From Octopus bimaculoides (lineage: Eukaryota): DNA of 64,000 nucleotides. The notes under the pieces were generated by a model. It was not told where the DNA came from and did no database searches. It saw nothing but the letters and a program-made list of their open reading frames with translations. Below, one piece after another: positions 1 to 11,559 of the stretch; position 1 is the stretch's first letter; each line of letters starts with the position of its first letter. The position numbers and the translations under genes were made by a program. The DNA is taken from NCBI RefSeq assembly GCF_001194135.2, contig NC_068986.1:112153175-112217174 (forward strand). Reading direction: 5' to 3'.

Positions 1-7
1 CATATAC

Positions 8-39
<32 letters not shown>

Positions 40-96
40 GTATACATATATAGATACACACATACGCACTTTTATATATGCATTTGTTATTAATGT

Positions 97-232
97 TGCT
101 TTCATCCTTTTCGGTGTCGATAAGAAAGGGGTTAATAAATTAAGTACCAGTGAAACACTGAGGTCGATGTAATTGACATCCCCAAACTTTTTCAGGCCAT
201 GTGCTTACTGTAGAAATTGTTATCGTTATCAT
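97..232 (+). mobile_element. tRNA-derived SINE family A, 3' half, diverged
   Basis: Contains ttcatccttttcggtgtcgata...aaattaagtaccagtgaaacactgaggtcgatgtaattgac, matching the body of other copies in this window (49456-49640, 55278-55480). Confidence 0.7.
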
Positions 233-639
233 TTTGGGTTCGGTCAGTTTCGGTCTTATTCCTGGTAGGTTCTTTGTGGGTAGCGAGTTACTGACTGTAA
301 TCTGAGGTATCTACAAACATTCTGCAGTCTTTGAATTTCTTAGAAGCTCCCGTGGTAACCTTTGCTGTCGCTCAGAGAGAAAGTTCTTGGAGGTGCTGTA
401 CTGGGCTTCCTTTTTGAATCTCCTATAACTTTGCTTACTGTTTCCATTATAGCTTTGAAAAATTAACTGTTAAAATCGAACTGCATTCTTCAAAACTTGC
501 GCTACGAATAAAGAACAAGCGAAAATTACTACCTGCTTTTATAGGAAGTTGATACAGGTAGTTTATCCCCTCACCCTCCGAGTTCATGCAATTTAAAAAT
601 CCACTTCATCATCATTCTTAATGTTGTTGTTCTTGGTTT

Positions 640-1165
640 ACTTCTTAGAACGTTCGGTCGTTTCATTGAACTCCTAATAAAATGTGATATGTTATCAGAC
701 ATCTATACCAGCTAAAGACTTTCTAAAATCCAAGAAGCGGGGTGGGTGTCATGTCATACGCTTTCTTATAATCGATCCACGCCATGCCCAGATTAGTAAG
801 TCTTTTCTGGAAGTCGTTCAGTACTATTCTGTATATCAGAAGTTGTCTTTTGTCGGCTTTTCCTACTTCACCCTTTGTCTTCCACTGGCAGTTTGTCATT
901 TCCAGGTATTTATACACATAATTAGATATTATTCCTGTCATCAGCTTCCACATCAGGGGCAGACAGATCATACACCACTAATCATCCTCTGCATTACATT
1001 GGATGGGATCCCTTTGGCAAAGAATTGTTTAACTATTGTCAGACACTTTGGGATTTGTACACCATTGTAGATCATTTTATCCATTTGTCTGTATAATGCT
1101 GGGATATTTTTCAGACAATATCCTTGTATCCCATCCAGTCCTGGGCATAGGCACTACTATGAAGA
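640..1165 (-). mobile_element. Decayed reverse transcriptase of an RLE-type (R4/Dong-like) non-LTR retrotransposon
   Basis: Minus-strand translation gives PGLDGIQGY, QMDKMI, CLPLMWKLMTGIIS, QLLIYRIVL, NLGMAWIDYKKAYDM and SWILESL. These are the RT motifs of R2/R4-group elements, with frameshifts and stops. Confidence 0.85.
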
Positions 1166-1518
1166 TAGATCCAGAAGACAGGGAAACCCTTACTTCGGAT
1201 CGAGCTGGACGACAAACAAAAGTGTGGAATGAAAGAGTTAGCAGAGGCCAGATTAACACAGGCGATAGTCAAGAGAGATTTATAGAAGATGTTATGACCG
1301 AGACGGCGAAAGAAAATGATCTTTTTATGTGCATATTTTGTGACAGACCATGCCTTTCTTTTGCTTGGCTCAAATCTCATTTGTGGACCCTTGAAAAACG
1401 AACCTCCAGCAACTGTTCTGCCTATATATCTGTGCACTCCTTTCAATGCCATGTATGCCATAAGATCTGCAAGTGTAAGAGAGCCCTCAAAAGACGTTTT
1501 AATATCCACAAAGATTAG
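1160..1518 (+). mobile_element. 3' end of an RTE-like LINE ORF with two degenerate C2H2-type zinc fingers
   Basis: IDPEDRETLTSDRAGRQTKVW resembles the RTE C-terminal ETLAxDRxxWR motif. It is followed by CIFCDRPCLSFAWLKSH and CHVCHKICKCKRALKRRFNIH, then a stop at 1518. Confidence 0.65.
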
Positions 1519-2699
1519 AACTTATCTGCAGCTCTTTGTGGTATAAATCAGATATGTAATATATTTGGGTGTCTTTGAATTTCATTGCCTGGTTTTAAAA
1601 AGCCACATCAGACACTATGATGGGTCTAAGATGTAGGTACAAAATGTGGTTAGACTCTTCTTAAGGAGTACACATATATATCATAACAGATGGCGGAACC
1701 ACCTATTGTTTTCACACTATTTTACCTACCATAAGAGAGATTTTTTTCTGCACGGTAACTGCAGCGATTTGTCATTCGCAGTTGAAATATGTGACAAACT
1801 TATTTCAACTNNNNNNNNNNNNNNNNNNNNNNNNNNNNNNNNNNNNNNNNNNNNNNNNNNNNNNNNNNNNNNNNNNNNNNNNNNNNNNNNNNNNNNNNNN
1901 NNNNNNNNNNNNNNNNNNNNNNNNNNNNNNNNNNNNNNNNNNNNNNNNNNNNNNNNNNNNNNNNNNNNNNNNNNNNNNNNNNNNNNNNNNNNNNNNNNNN
2001 NNNNNNNNNNNNNNNNNNNNNNNNNNNNNNNNNNNNNNNNNNNNNNNNNNNNNNNNNNNNNNNNNNNNNNNNNNNNNNNNNNNNNNNNNNNNNNNNNNNN
2101 NNNNNNNNNNNNNNNNNNNNNNNNNNNNNNNNNNNNNNNNNNNNNNNNNNNNNNNNNNNNNNNNNNNNNNNNNNNNNNNNNNNNNNNNNNNNNNNNNNNN
2201 NNNNNNNNNNNNNNNNNNNNNNNNNNNNNNNNNNNNNNNNNNNNNNNNNNNNNNNNNNNNNNNNNNNNNNNNNNNNNNNNNNNNNNNNNNNNNNNNNNNN
2301 NNNNNNNNNNNNNNNNNNNNNNNNNNNNNNNNNNNNNNNNNNNNNNNNNNNNNNNNNNNNNNNNNNNNNNNNNNNNNNNNNNNNNNNNNNNNNNNNNNNN
2401 NNNNNNNNNNNNNNNNNNNNNNNNNNNNNNNNNNNNNNNNNNNNNNNNNATTTCAGTATACGTCTCGGTCACTGTAAGTTTGACATACCTTGTTAATACA
2501 GCCTGTGTTATAACACTTCATAATATTTATGACGTCGGTTGACTTCAGGATTTCTGGAAACTTCTGTGTTCGGAAATGAAACAATCGGGCCCCGATTCTG
2601 ACCCCACTTGCTGCCTCCTCTCTTCTTCATAAAAACAGTATATCCTTATTGCCCTAATATTGATGAACAAATAAAACATTAACACCAGCGACGATAATA

Positions 2700-2746
2700 A
2701 TAGCTACAACAACAGTTGCAGCAATGACGACGACGACGACGACAAT

Positions 2747-2783
<37 letters not shown>

Positions 2784-2800
2784 GTAACAACAACAACATT
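2700..2800. repeat. (ACA)n/(ACG)n triplet microsatellite
   Basis: Direct inspection. Confidence 0.9.
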
Positions 2801-3099
2801 AGTAATGAATATGATATGTAAAGCAACATAAAACACAGCATGAACCTTTTGTAAAACTAAAGTTAAAAAAAAATATATAACAAAGTGATATAATGAAATG
2901 GTATTTTTTTCCGAACAAGATTGGTGTTTCACATAAACTTGTTTCTATGGTAACGATGATGAAAAATATTTAAAAACATTAAATAGAAAACAAAACAAAA
3001 ATAGCAATGAAAATAAATAAAACTGGAAGTCAATACTTTTGAGCAGTGACTTGCATGTGTACATTAACATATGTATATAAACGTAGGCGTGTATATGTA

Positions 3100-3739
3100 T
3101 TTTACGACACCCAGCATGTATGTATGCGTTTCGCAACATGTCTATGTTAATAGCTGTGTGTTTGTGTCTGCATATATTTTATGCATATATATATGTGTGT
3201 GTGTGTGTGTTATTTTATGCTTGTGCCTTTAAATAATTGCATATTTGTGCATGGATATAAATGTGTTTGTGATCGAATATATATACGTGTATATATGCAC
3301 AATCTTTTGTATATATGAATGTGTATGGCTGTGAATATATACGTGAACGTGTGCGTATATCGGATTCTATGCCGTTATGTATGTGTTGAGGATTACATGC
3401 ATGAGTGTAGAGGTGTGTATAGGAAAGCGATTTCATAGGTGTAATTTTCGACAAACGAAGGGATTACGTGCGTATATATCTTTGAGTATGTGCGTGTGTG
3501 TGTTAATGCATGTGTTGAGGTTCATAGGTATGTATGTGTCTGCGTGTGTGTGTGTTAATCTTTATGTGTATGTTTTTTTCTTTCTGTCTGGATGTCTGTA
3601 TATATTCATGTACGTATGATTTCTCTGGCCTGTATGTAGAAATAATCATACACATGTCTATGAATGTATATATGGATCTACTTATATGTCTATACATACA
3701 GATGGAAACATGCAATATTCGGGAGTGTGTATGTGTGTG

Positions 3740-3770
<31 letters not shown>

Positions 3771-3925
3771 CTGTGTGTGTATGTGTGTAAGTGTCTGTCT
3801 ATGTACATGCATTTGCAGGTGGCTTTTGTTTTTGCACAGTAGTGTATAACGAGTACTAGACGTAAATAGTGTGAAAGTACGAGTGTGAATGTGTACATGT
3901 GCGTGTGTGCGTGTGTGTGTGAGCG
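3100..3925. repeat. Imperfect (TG)n/(TA)n low-complexity tract
   Basis: Direct inspection; it explains the CV/YI/HT-repeat pseudo-ORFs. Confidence 0.9.
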
Positions 3926-4159
3926 TAATTTAGATAGCGGCGGAGGCGGTGATAGGAAAAAAGTAGCTATGGTTATTAACAAATACAATAATCCTTTCAG
4001 GAGAGTCTGTCATGCCTCGCAAACGAACGAAAACCAACGGAAGCCTGTCATTAGGAGATCGATCATTATTTTAAAGCAGAATTATGCACATTTATTATTA
4101 GCGAGGCCCTACTGTTGGATGGACATTATCATAATTCAATAATGGCTCCTGCTTTTCAC

Positions 4160-4320
4160 CCCTCTTCTTTTCTCTTTTTATCATTCACTCTCTCTCCCTC
4201 TCTCGTTCTTTCTCCTTCTCTCTCACTGTCTCTCTCTCCCTCTCTATTGACGACTATTATTCTCTCTTCGTCATCCACTCCTCCACCTTCTATTTTCTCC
4301 CTTCTTTTCTATACATACAC
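4160..4320. repeat. CT-rich polypyrimidine tract
   Basis: Direct inspection. Confidence 0.85.
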
Positions 4321-6344
4321 TCACATATATATTTATAAACATGTATTATAAAATATCTATACCTATATGCATATTCCATATATGTATACATATATATATG
4401 TGCGTATATGTACATATGCATGTACATATGTGTGTTGTATATCTCTCTCTCTACATGTATATATATATATATATATNNNNNNNNNNNNNNNNNNNNNNNN
4501 NNNNNNNNNNNNNNNNNNNNNNNNNNNNNNNNNNNNNNNNNNNNNNNNNNNNNNNNNNNNNNNNNNNNNNNNNNNNNNNNNNNNNNNNNNNNNNNNNNNN
4601 NATATATATATATATATATAATACATAATATATAATATATACGTACATATACATATACCTTTCAATATTTCTCTACTACCTGTCTAATTATTGATAACTG
4701 AACATTTATGTTTATAAACGAGGAAAAAAGTGTCAAATAGACAAAGCAGAATGTGTACGCTCTCTAAGTATCTTAATGCGAATGAATCGTTATTCTGAGT
4801 TTCACGTTACCAATAATACAAACCATTGTGAAGAGAAGTAGCGTGACGTTAAGTTAGCAACCACAATAAATTCCCTGCTGTTTTCTTGTTTTAGATTATC
4901 AGCAGCGACTCAGTGGCGTATTTCCCTGAAGACTTGCAGACTTTATACCCATATAATTCCTATATTTTGAAGCATCTTATTCAGTTTGCTAAATGTATTT
5001 CAGTTGATGTAATCACGAGGAAGGATGTTGCATGTGAGAGTGCTTGGGTTATTTTGTGCCGTACCCCTTTTTCCTCGGTGGGTAATAATATGGATTGCAT
5101 TAGTAATGCCTGCTAAGTTCGTTTATTCTGAGCGGTACACTGTGACATGTATGGTATGTGCTCTGTTGGTATACGTACACGTTGTCACATAAAATGCCAA
5201 GACTGCAACCATTTGAAAGATATTGTTTTAAAATGAGTTATTTATTATTGTAAACGTATTGTCCAAAATGTTCTTCAGTAATACTCGAATTCCTCTTTAA
5301 TTATTGCATCAATAATAATGTATTTTGACTTTCTTTTGCCAAACGCAGAATGCCTTTTTGCTGTATCATCGGCTATGAAGAGAGTGAGCTTGAGAGACAA
5401 AACTATTAAGAGCACCGATGGCCAACGCTACATCACGTTTGTGAAGGAGCCGTAATTGCAAATATACTTGCGAGTGGATGGAGAGCTAACGCTCTACAGT
5501 GAACAAACTGTATCCTTTGCACGGAGTTATGTAAATGATCCGGCAGAATAGAATTGGTATCACCAAAGAACAGTATTCGGTAGAAAAGAGAGAGGACTAC
5601 TCACATTCGCATTCATAAAGTTTCTAATTTTATAGATTTAAATGGTTCATCTTTATATGATAAGAAATAAATCAGTCATGGACAACCTCCAGTTCGCGGG
5701 ACTTTCTGAATAACTTGTATAATGAAAGCTTAAATTGAATTTCTTTTAGCAGCGCATCGCGGCGGATGATCATCCATGTCCCATGAGGTGCTCTTTCGAA
5801 AGATTTTTCGCAGACCTGCGATAAATGAATGCAGGCATACATTGATATAATAACCAAAGTAAAAATTACCGTTCAACCGTTGCTAATTATGTGGAAGATT
5901 ACTGCTGATGGTGGTGGTCGGGTGGATGGGTACTGTCGATGAGGAAAAATAGAACAAAATAAAATAATCATTCCCTATACAACAGGCTGCTGTTTCGCAT
6001 TTTGGAGAAATCAAGATATCATGTCTAACGCTTGATTAGTAAATATGTTGACAAGTCTGGAAGAGTAGAACTTCTCATTTTAATACTTTTATTATAAGAA
6101 TGTTCTCTACGACCAGTAATAGAATTTCCTTTATTATTAATTTTTAGAAACGTCCCAGCCTGAAAGCGCCCTCTATTGTATTTTCTCATTTCAATTTTCT
6201 GTCTGACATAAATCTTGCAAATAACTTCTCACAGTTATTATTAATGATATTAGGGCAGCCGGCTGATGCGATCCAGCGCCGGAGAAATGTTTTGTACAAT
6301 TTATTCCGGTTTTTTACTTTCTGATTTCAAATAGCCAAGAGAAG

Positions 6345-6451
6345 GACTTCGCTTTTAACGCTTCGGTGTCAATGAAACAAATACCACTTAAGCGTCCGAT
6401 TGGCTGCTTCTCCAAAGTCAGAGGACTAGCGCCTATAATAGAAGAGATTAA

Positions 6452-6455
<4 letters not shown>
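6345..6455 (+). mobile_element. SINE family A, 3' remnant ending in an (ATT)n tail
   Basis: ttcggtgtcaatgaaacaaatacca...gcgcctataatagaagag resembles the family A 3' end seen at 18580-18710. Confidence 0.45.

Positions 6456-6521
<66 letters not shown>
6451..6521. repeat. (ATT)n microsatellite
   Basis: Near-perfect triplet run. Confidence 0.95.
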
Positions 6522-6524
6522 TCT

Positions 6525-6730
6525 AAGGCGGTCAGCTTGCAGAATCGTTTGCGGCATATTACTGAACAGCATGTTGTCTGTCTTTGTGTTCTNNNNNNNN
6601 NNCCGTGCTCGACTTTGCCTTTCTTCATATGGAGGGCGATAAAATAAGGACCAGCCGAGCATTGGAGTCGATGTAAACAAATGTTTCCCTACACCCAAAC
6701 TTGCAGATCTTCTGTTAAAATTGGAAACCA
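6525..6730 (+). mobile_element. SINE family A, near full length, diverged
   Basis: aaggcggtcagcttgcagaatcgtt head; gactttgcctttc...gataaaataaggaccag...gtcgatgtaa body. Confidence 0.75.
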
Positions 6731-6744
6731 GGAAAGGCTGCGTG

Positions 6745-6890
6745 TTTTCAGGTTCGTTAGTACTCCGGAAAAAATACCTGGCGGTATTTCATCTTTACGT
6801 TCTGATTGATTTTGCTTTTCGTGGCCCAGAGGTAAAGCTCCAATGAAATCATGGGGTTGACTCAATTGACAAATTCTTTCAGTGAAATTC
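6745..6890 (+). mobile_element. SINE family A, heavily diverged copy
   Basis: cgttagtactccggaaaaaatacctggcggtatttcatctttacgttctg matches the family A 5' part. Confidence 0.55.
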
Positions 6891-7008
6891 CTGATCTGCC
6901 ACCTCTCTGTAACATTTCTTTTGTTCTCTTCACAATCTGCCTTGAAATTCCCATGAATGCAAATTTCACACTTCTATATTTAAGAGATGAGGAATTATGC
7001 CTTATGCC

Positions 7009-7290
7009 CGTAGTGGCGTAGTGGTTAAGAACCTGGGCTACTAACATTAAGTTTCCGAGTTCGATTCCAGGCAGTGACCTGAATAATAATAATAATAATT
7101 ACAACAACAACAGCAACATCGAAAAATACCTTAAGAATGAGAACCCAGGTTCGAAATTTCCCCAATACACCTGATGAAGGCTGGAAGGCATATCAGCCGA
7201 AACGTTTTGTCAACAACAAACAAAATGAGGACAAATATCTGTCAAATGTAAATAATGTAAAGAATGTAAATAATATAAATAAAAATTTGC
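7009..7290 (+). mobile_element. tRNA-headed short element (SINE-like) with a hammerhead-type 3' module and short tandem tail
   Basis: A box tggcgtagtgg (7014-7024), B box gagttcgattc (7057-7067), (AAT)n(AAC)n linker, hammerhead core at 7171-7206, and an aatgtaaat-like ~9-bp repeated tail at about 7243-7285. Confidence 0.75.
7167..7210 (+). ncRNA. Minimal type I hammerhead ribozyme motif (Penelope/retrozyme type), probably decayed in this copy
   Basis: CTGATGA (7171-7177), A, stem II GGCTG/CAGCC (7179-7183/7194-7198) with a 10-nt loop, then GAAACGTT (7199-7206; loopless AC/GT helix III, cleavage triplet GTT). Helix I ACAC/TTGT pairs at 3 of 4 positions. Confidence 0.6.
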
Positions 7291-7893
7291 TTGTGATCTC
7301 TACGGAGTCGCTAAAATGGAGGACTACTGAAATGCTTGTGGGTGGGGGTGTAGTTGACGAAAATTCTCGCCACAAATTGGTAAATATTGTGATTAAATTG
7401 CAAATATTATGACACAGCAATAATCCTGGCCCACCACGAAAATTCAGGCCTTTGCTAGGGAAGAGCAGGCAAGTCTTCCTCTATTTGGTTGCCATTTAGA
7501 AAGAAATCGTGTACTGGATGACATCTCGAAGAATGTTAACAAACGCCTCTCCTCTTTTGTCATTCCCACATCAACTTTTGAAAATTCCATTTATGAAAGA
7601 CAGTTAAGAGCGTTTCCTTCCCCCTATAACTTGTTGAAAGCTCTTTGAGTGCGACAAGGATGCACCTATTTTCGAGGATTATACTCTAGGATCGAGAGAA
7701 GGAAAAAGTCCCTCTGTGATGCCCTTTGTTCTTAAAGGGAAGTCTTCATGTTACACATTTTGTTGAAATTGAATTTTCATTTACGTATTTATAATTAGAT
7801 TACTGCAATCCTTTGTTTGCAATATCTTAAATATTTTGCGACCTTTCGGTTACAGTCATCATCATCATCGTCGTTGTCATTATTATCATCATC

Positions 7894-8065
7894 AAAGCTG
7901 GCAGAAACCTTAGCACACCGGACAATCGATTGAACATCATTAGTTACTACACCGGACAAAATGCGTAAGAGTATTTTTTTCCGGCTTTACGTTCTTCGTG
8001 GTGGTCTTCTTTGCATTCCAACCTTTCGAGTTCAATAAGATAAAGTAGAAACTGAGCTATCAACT
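7894..8065 (+). mobile_element. SINE family A, diverged, with an internal duplication of the head
   Basis: aagctggcagaaaccttagcacaccggacaa...tacaccggacaaaatgcgtaag...tttacgttct. Confidence 0.6.
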
Positions 8066-8344
8066 TCCCGTCAAATTTAAGTAGAAAGATTTATTATTAC
8101 TTTCATTCGCAGGTGTTCATTCAGTAATATGGGGAAACCAGCGCATTATACTTTCGTACTTTTATTTAATGAGTTCAACTATCACCTACGTTGAAACAAA
8201 TTTTATGACTCCAGGGTTGGGTTGAGAAATTGAACACCACCCAAATATATCACATGATGTCTTGCATCAGCCATAATATTTAACCATTGCATTATTTTAT
8301 TAGGCGATAAATATTTCTTCCGAAACATCGACAACACATATATA

Positions 8345-8491
8345 CCCGGCCACCACCTTCCAGGCCAACCACCACCTTCCAGGCTGACCACCACCTATCC
8401 ATCTGAACACCACACCTCCACCCGGCCACCTCCCATCTACCTGACCACCACAAATCTACCCGACCACCACCCATCCACCCGACTACCACCT
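8345..8491. repeat. C-rich degenerate minisatellite (~17-19 bp unit built on CCACCACC)
   Basis: ccaccaccttccaggc occurs twice exactly, followed by degenerate units such as ccaccacctatccatc and ccaccacccatccacc. Confidence 0.8.
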
Positions 8492-9526
8492 GTAATATTC
8501 TTCCGCATGTTTAGCATAAATTTAAAGGTAAATTTTGCTTCGATTGCTCTCTCAATGAATGCCTACCTTCATTTATTAAAAACATGGCCAGCCTCTTTCA
8601 AAATCGTGCCGCGGAAGACAATGCTCATTATAAGAAGATGGCTACAATACAATAACAAAAAGAATCGAAATAGATTTTCGGTAGGCGTGCCATGCATAAA
8701 CACTTGCGGGGCCATAGTTTGTTGATGACTCATGTATTTTATATTCTTGTTAACAAGTCCTCTACTACCAAATTTACATACCTGAGAAATTGCCCAAGTA
8801 AACCTGGGCCCATGAGAATCGAACGTCGATTAAATATGTCACTTAACAGAATTATTATTCTCACCTCTACGATGCTCACCTCCATCTTATATTCCTGTGT
8901 CCGGATTTAGCTCACACACTGTTGCAGTTCTGCAATTTCCTCTTTTGTCCATTATTTATTGTTATATGTGTGCTTGTAATATTTTTTATTAGTTCCACAT
9001 GATTGACCGCAATGCCGATTGTCTTGACTCGGTGAACACTGGTCAAGCATATATTTTTGGCCAACAATATTTTCATTATGTAATCATATTTTGAAAGGTT
9101 CTATTGGAATAATCATTAAAAAAGTGTCAGACAGTGAGTAGAGACATTTGTGGCGGCGGTTGGAGGTTGAATGTGAGGTGACGTTGGTCAGATAGATGAA
9201 GAGAGCGAGGGTTTAATGATGGGGTGCTGAGAGCGAGGCATCTACATAAATACACTGATAAATATACAGAGGTATGGAAATAGATCGATAACTGGAGACG
9301 GGAGAGGAAAACAACGCATAGATGCTATACACTTACATACCTATATACCTGTAACTACCTCTCAGCCGAACGACGTCATAAATACACACCTTCCTATACG
9401 GATATAAGCTTATATTAAAATCATACATACATACATGCATGCGTATGCAAGTGTGTGTGTGTACGTGTGTGTGCGCGCGTCTCTGTATACATGTATATAT
9501 ATATATGCATTATATATATATGTATA

Positions 9527-9561
<35 letters not shown>

Positions 9562-9890
9562 NNNNNNNNNNNNNNNNNNNNNNNNNNNNNNNNNNNNNNN
9601 NNNNNNNNNNNNNNNNNNNNNNNNNNNNNNNNNNNNNNNNNNNNNNNNNNNNNNNNNNNNNNNNNNNNNNNNNNNNNNNNNNNNNNNNNNNNNNNNNNNN
9701 NNNNNNNNNNNNNNNNNNNNNNNNNNNNNNNNNNNNNNNNNNNNNNNNNNNNNNNNNNNNNNNNNNNNNNNNNNNNNNNNNNNNNNNNNNNNNNNNNNAG
9801 TGCAACATGTATGTGTGTTGGAGACAGTGGTAGAGAGATGGGGTGTGCGAGAAATAAACGAAGTTGTAAATGAAAACGAAAGAGAGAAGA

Positions 9891-9921
<31 letters not shown>

Positions 9922-10274
9922 CGTATGCGTGTGTTTATGTGTTTGTGAGTGTGTGTGTGAGAGTGTGTGTGTGTGTGAGTGTGTGTGTGTGTGTGTGTGT
10001 GCGTGTGTGTGTGTGTGTGTGATTAAGGCATTAAATAAAATTGATCGAAATTGTTTACTGTTTCATGTTACTCTGATCAGTCTAGCGATCCGTTTGGCAC
10101 ATTGACCTCGGAGGTCATCGCAGTTAAAGTCAGCAACGATTTCTGAAGATACTAATATTGGTGCAACTAATAGAAATGGTGATGTTAATGATACAAACAG
10201 CAACAACAACAACAAAAAATGATAAAAACACTGGGACAACAGCTGAACAACAGCAAGAACATCAACCGCAGCAG

Positions 10275-10307
10275 CAGTAGTAATAGTAGCGGTAGTTGTA
10301 GTGGGAA

Positions 10308-10389
<82 letters not shown>

Positions 10390-10478
10390 GGTGGTGGTGA
10401 TTGTCGTACTAGTACTTGTAGTAGTAGCAGTCGTAGTTGTACTTATAGTAGTAGTAGCAGCAGAAGTAGTTTTACTTA

Positions 10479-10546
<68 letters not shown>
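10275..10546. repeat. (GTA)n/(GTG)n triplet microsatellite
   Basis: Direct inspection; source of the poly-T/S/V pseudo-ORFs. Confidence 0.95.
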
Positions 10547-10639
10547 ATGAAAGTAACATCATCAATAATAAGAACAACATCAACAACAACGCAAACAACA
10601 CAAACGACAATAAGAATGATTTCGAATGTTGGCAGAAGG

Positions 10640-10818
10640 CGAGCACGATCTGGGAGGCGATCAGTCAATTACATCGACCTCAGTGTGTAACTGGTACTCA
10701 TTTTATCGACCACGGAGATATAAGGCATGAAAGGTAAAGTCTGGCTCAGAACGTAAAGATGGCCGAAATGCCGCTAAGCTATATTGGCCGGTGTGCCAAC
10801 GACCCTGCTACGTTGCCG
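10640..10818 (-). mobile_element. SINE family A
   Basis: Reverse complement reads gtcgttggcacaccgg...ttagcggcatttcggccatctttacgttctgag...gtcgataaaatgagtaccagttacacactgaggtcgatgtaattgac. Confidence 0.8.
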
Positions 10819-10821
10819 ACA

Positions 10822-10853
<32 letters not shown>

Positions 10854-11461
10854 ATAATAATAATAATAATATATACATACACACACGCACACACACACAT
10901 ACATACGTATATATNNNNNNNNNNNNNNNNNNNNNNNNNNNNNNNNNNNNNNNNNNNNNNNNNNNNNNNNNNNNNNNNNNNNNNNNNNNNNNNNNNNNNN
11001 NNNNNNNNNNNNNNNNNNNNNNNNNNNNNNNNNNNNNNNNNNNNNNNNNNNNNNNNNNNNNNNNNNNNNNNNNNNNNNNNNNNNNNNNNNNNNNNNNNNN
11101 NNNNNNNNNNNNNNNNNNNNNNNNNNNNNNNNNNNNNNNNNNNNNNNNNNNNNNNNNNNNNNNNNNNNNNNNNNNNNNNNNNNNNNNNNNNNNNNNNNNN
11201 NNNNNNNNNNNNNNNNNNNNNNNNNNNNNNNNNNNNNNNNNNNNNNNNNNNNNNNNNNNNNNNNNNNNNNNNNNNNNNNNNNNNNNNNNNNNNNNNNNNN
11301 NNNNNNNNNNNNNNNNNNNNNNNNNNNNNNNNNNNNNNNNNNNNNNNNNNNNNNNNNNNNNNNNNNNNNNNNNNNNNNNNNNNNNNNNNNNNNNNNNNNN
11401 NNNNNNNNNNNNNNNNNNNNNNNNNNNNNNNNNNNNNNNNNNNNNNNNNNNNNNNNNNNNN

Positions 11462-11495
11462 AATAATAACGATGATGATAATGATGATAATAATT

Positions 11496-11547
<52 letters not shown>

Positions 11548-11555
11548 GGATGATA
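11462..11555. repeat. (GAT)n microsatellite
   Basis: Direct inspection. Confidence 0.95.
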
Positions 11556-11559
11556 AGAT

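Noticed and set aside
7009-7080. tRNA gene
   Set aside because: It has A and B boxes, but the acceptor and anticodon stems do not pair and it continues into a repeat body; it is a SINE head.
8345-8491. CRISPR-like array
   Set aside because: Units are contiguous and degenerate with no unique spacers, the context is eukaryotic, and there are no cas genes.
8773-8835. Minus-strand mini-exon ending CTCAG|gtatgt
   Set aside because: Only a weak AAG acceptor and no recognisable peptide; isolated.
10063-10668. Mucin-like Thr-rich protein (201 aa ORF)
   Set aside because: The poly-Thr comes from the (GTA)n microsatellite and the ORF start lies inside a SINE.
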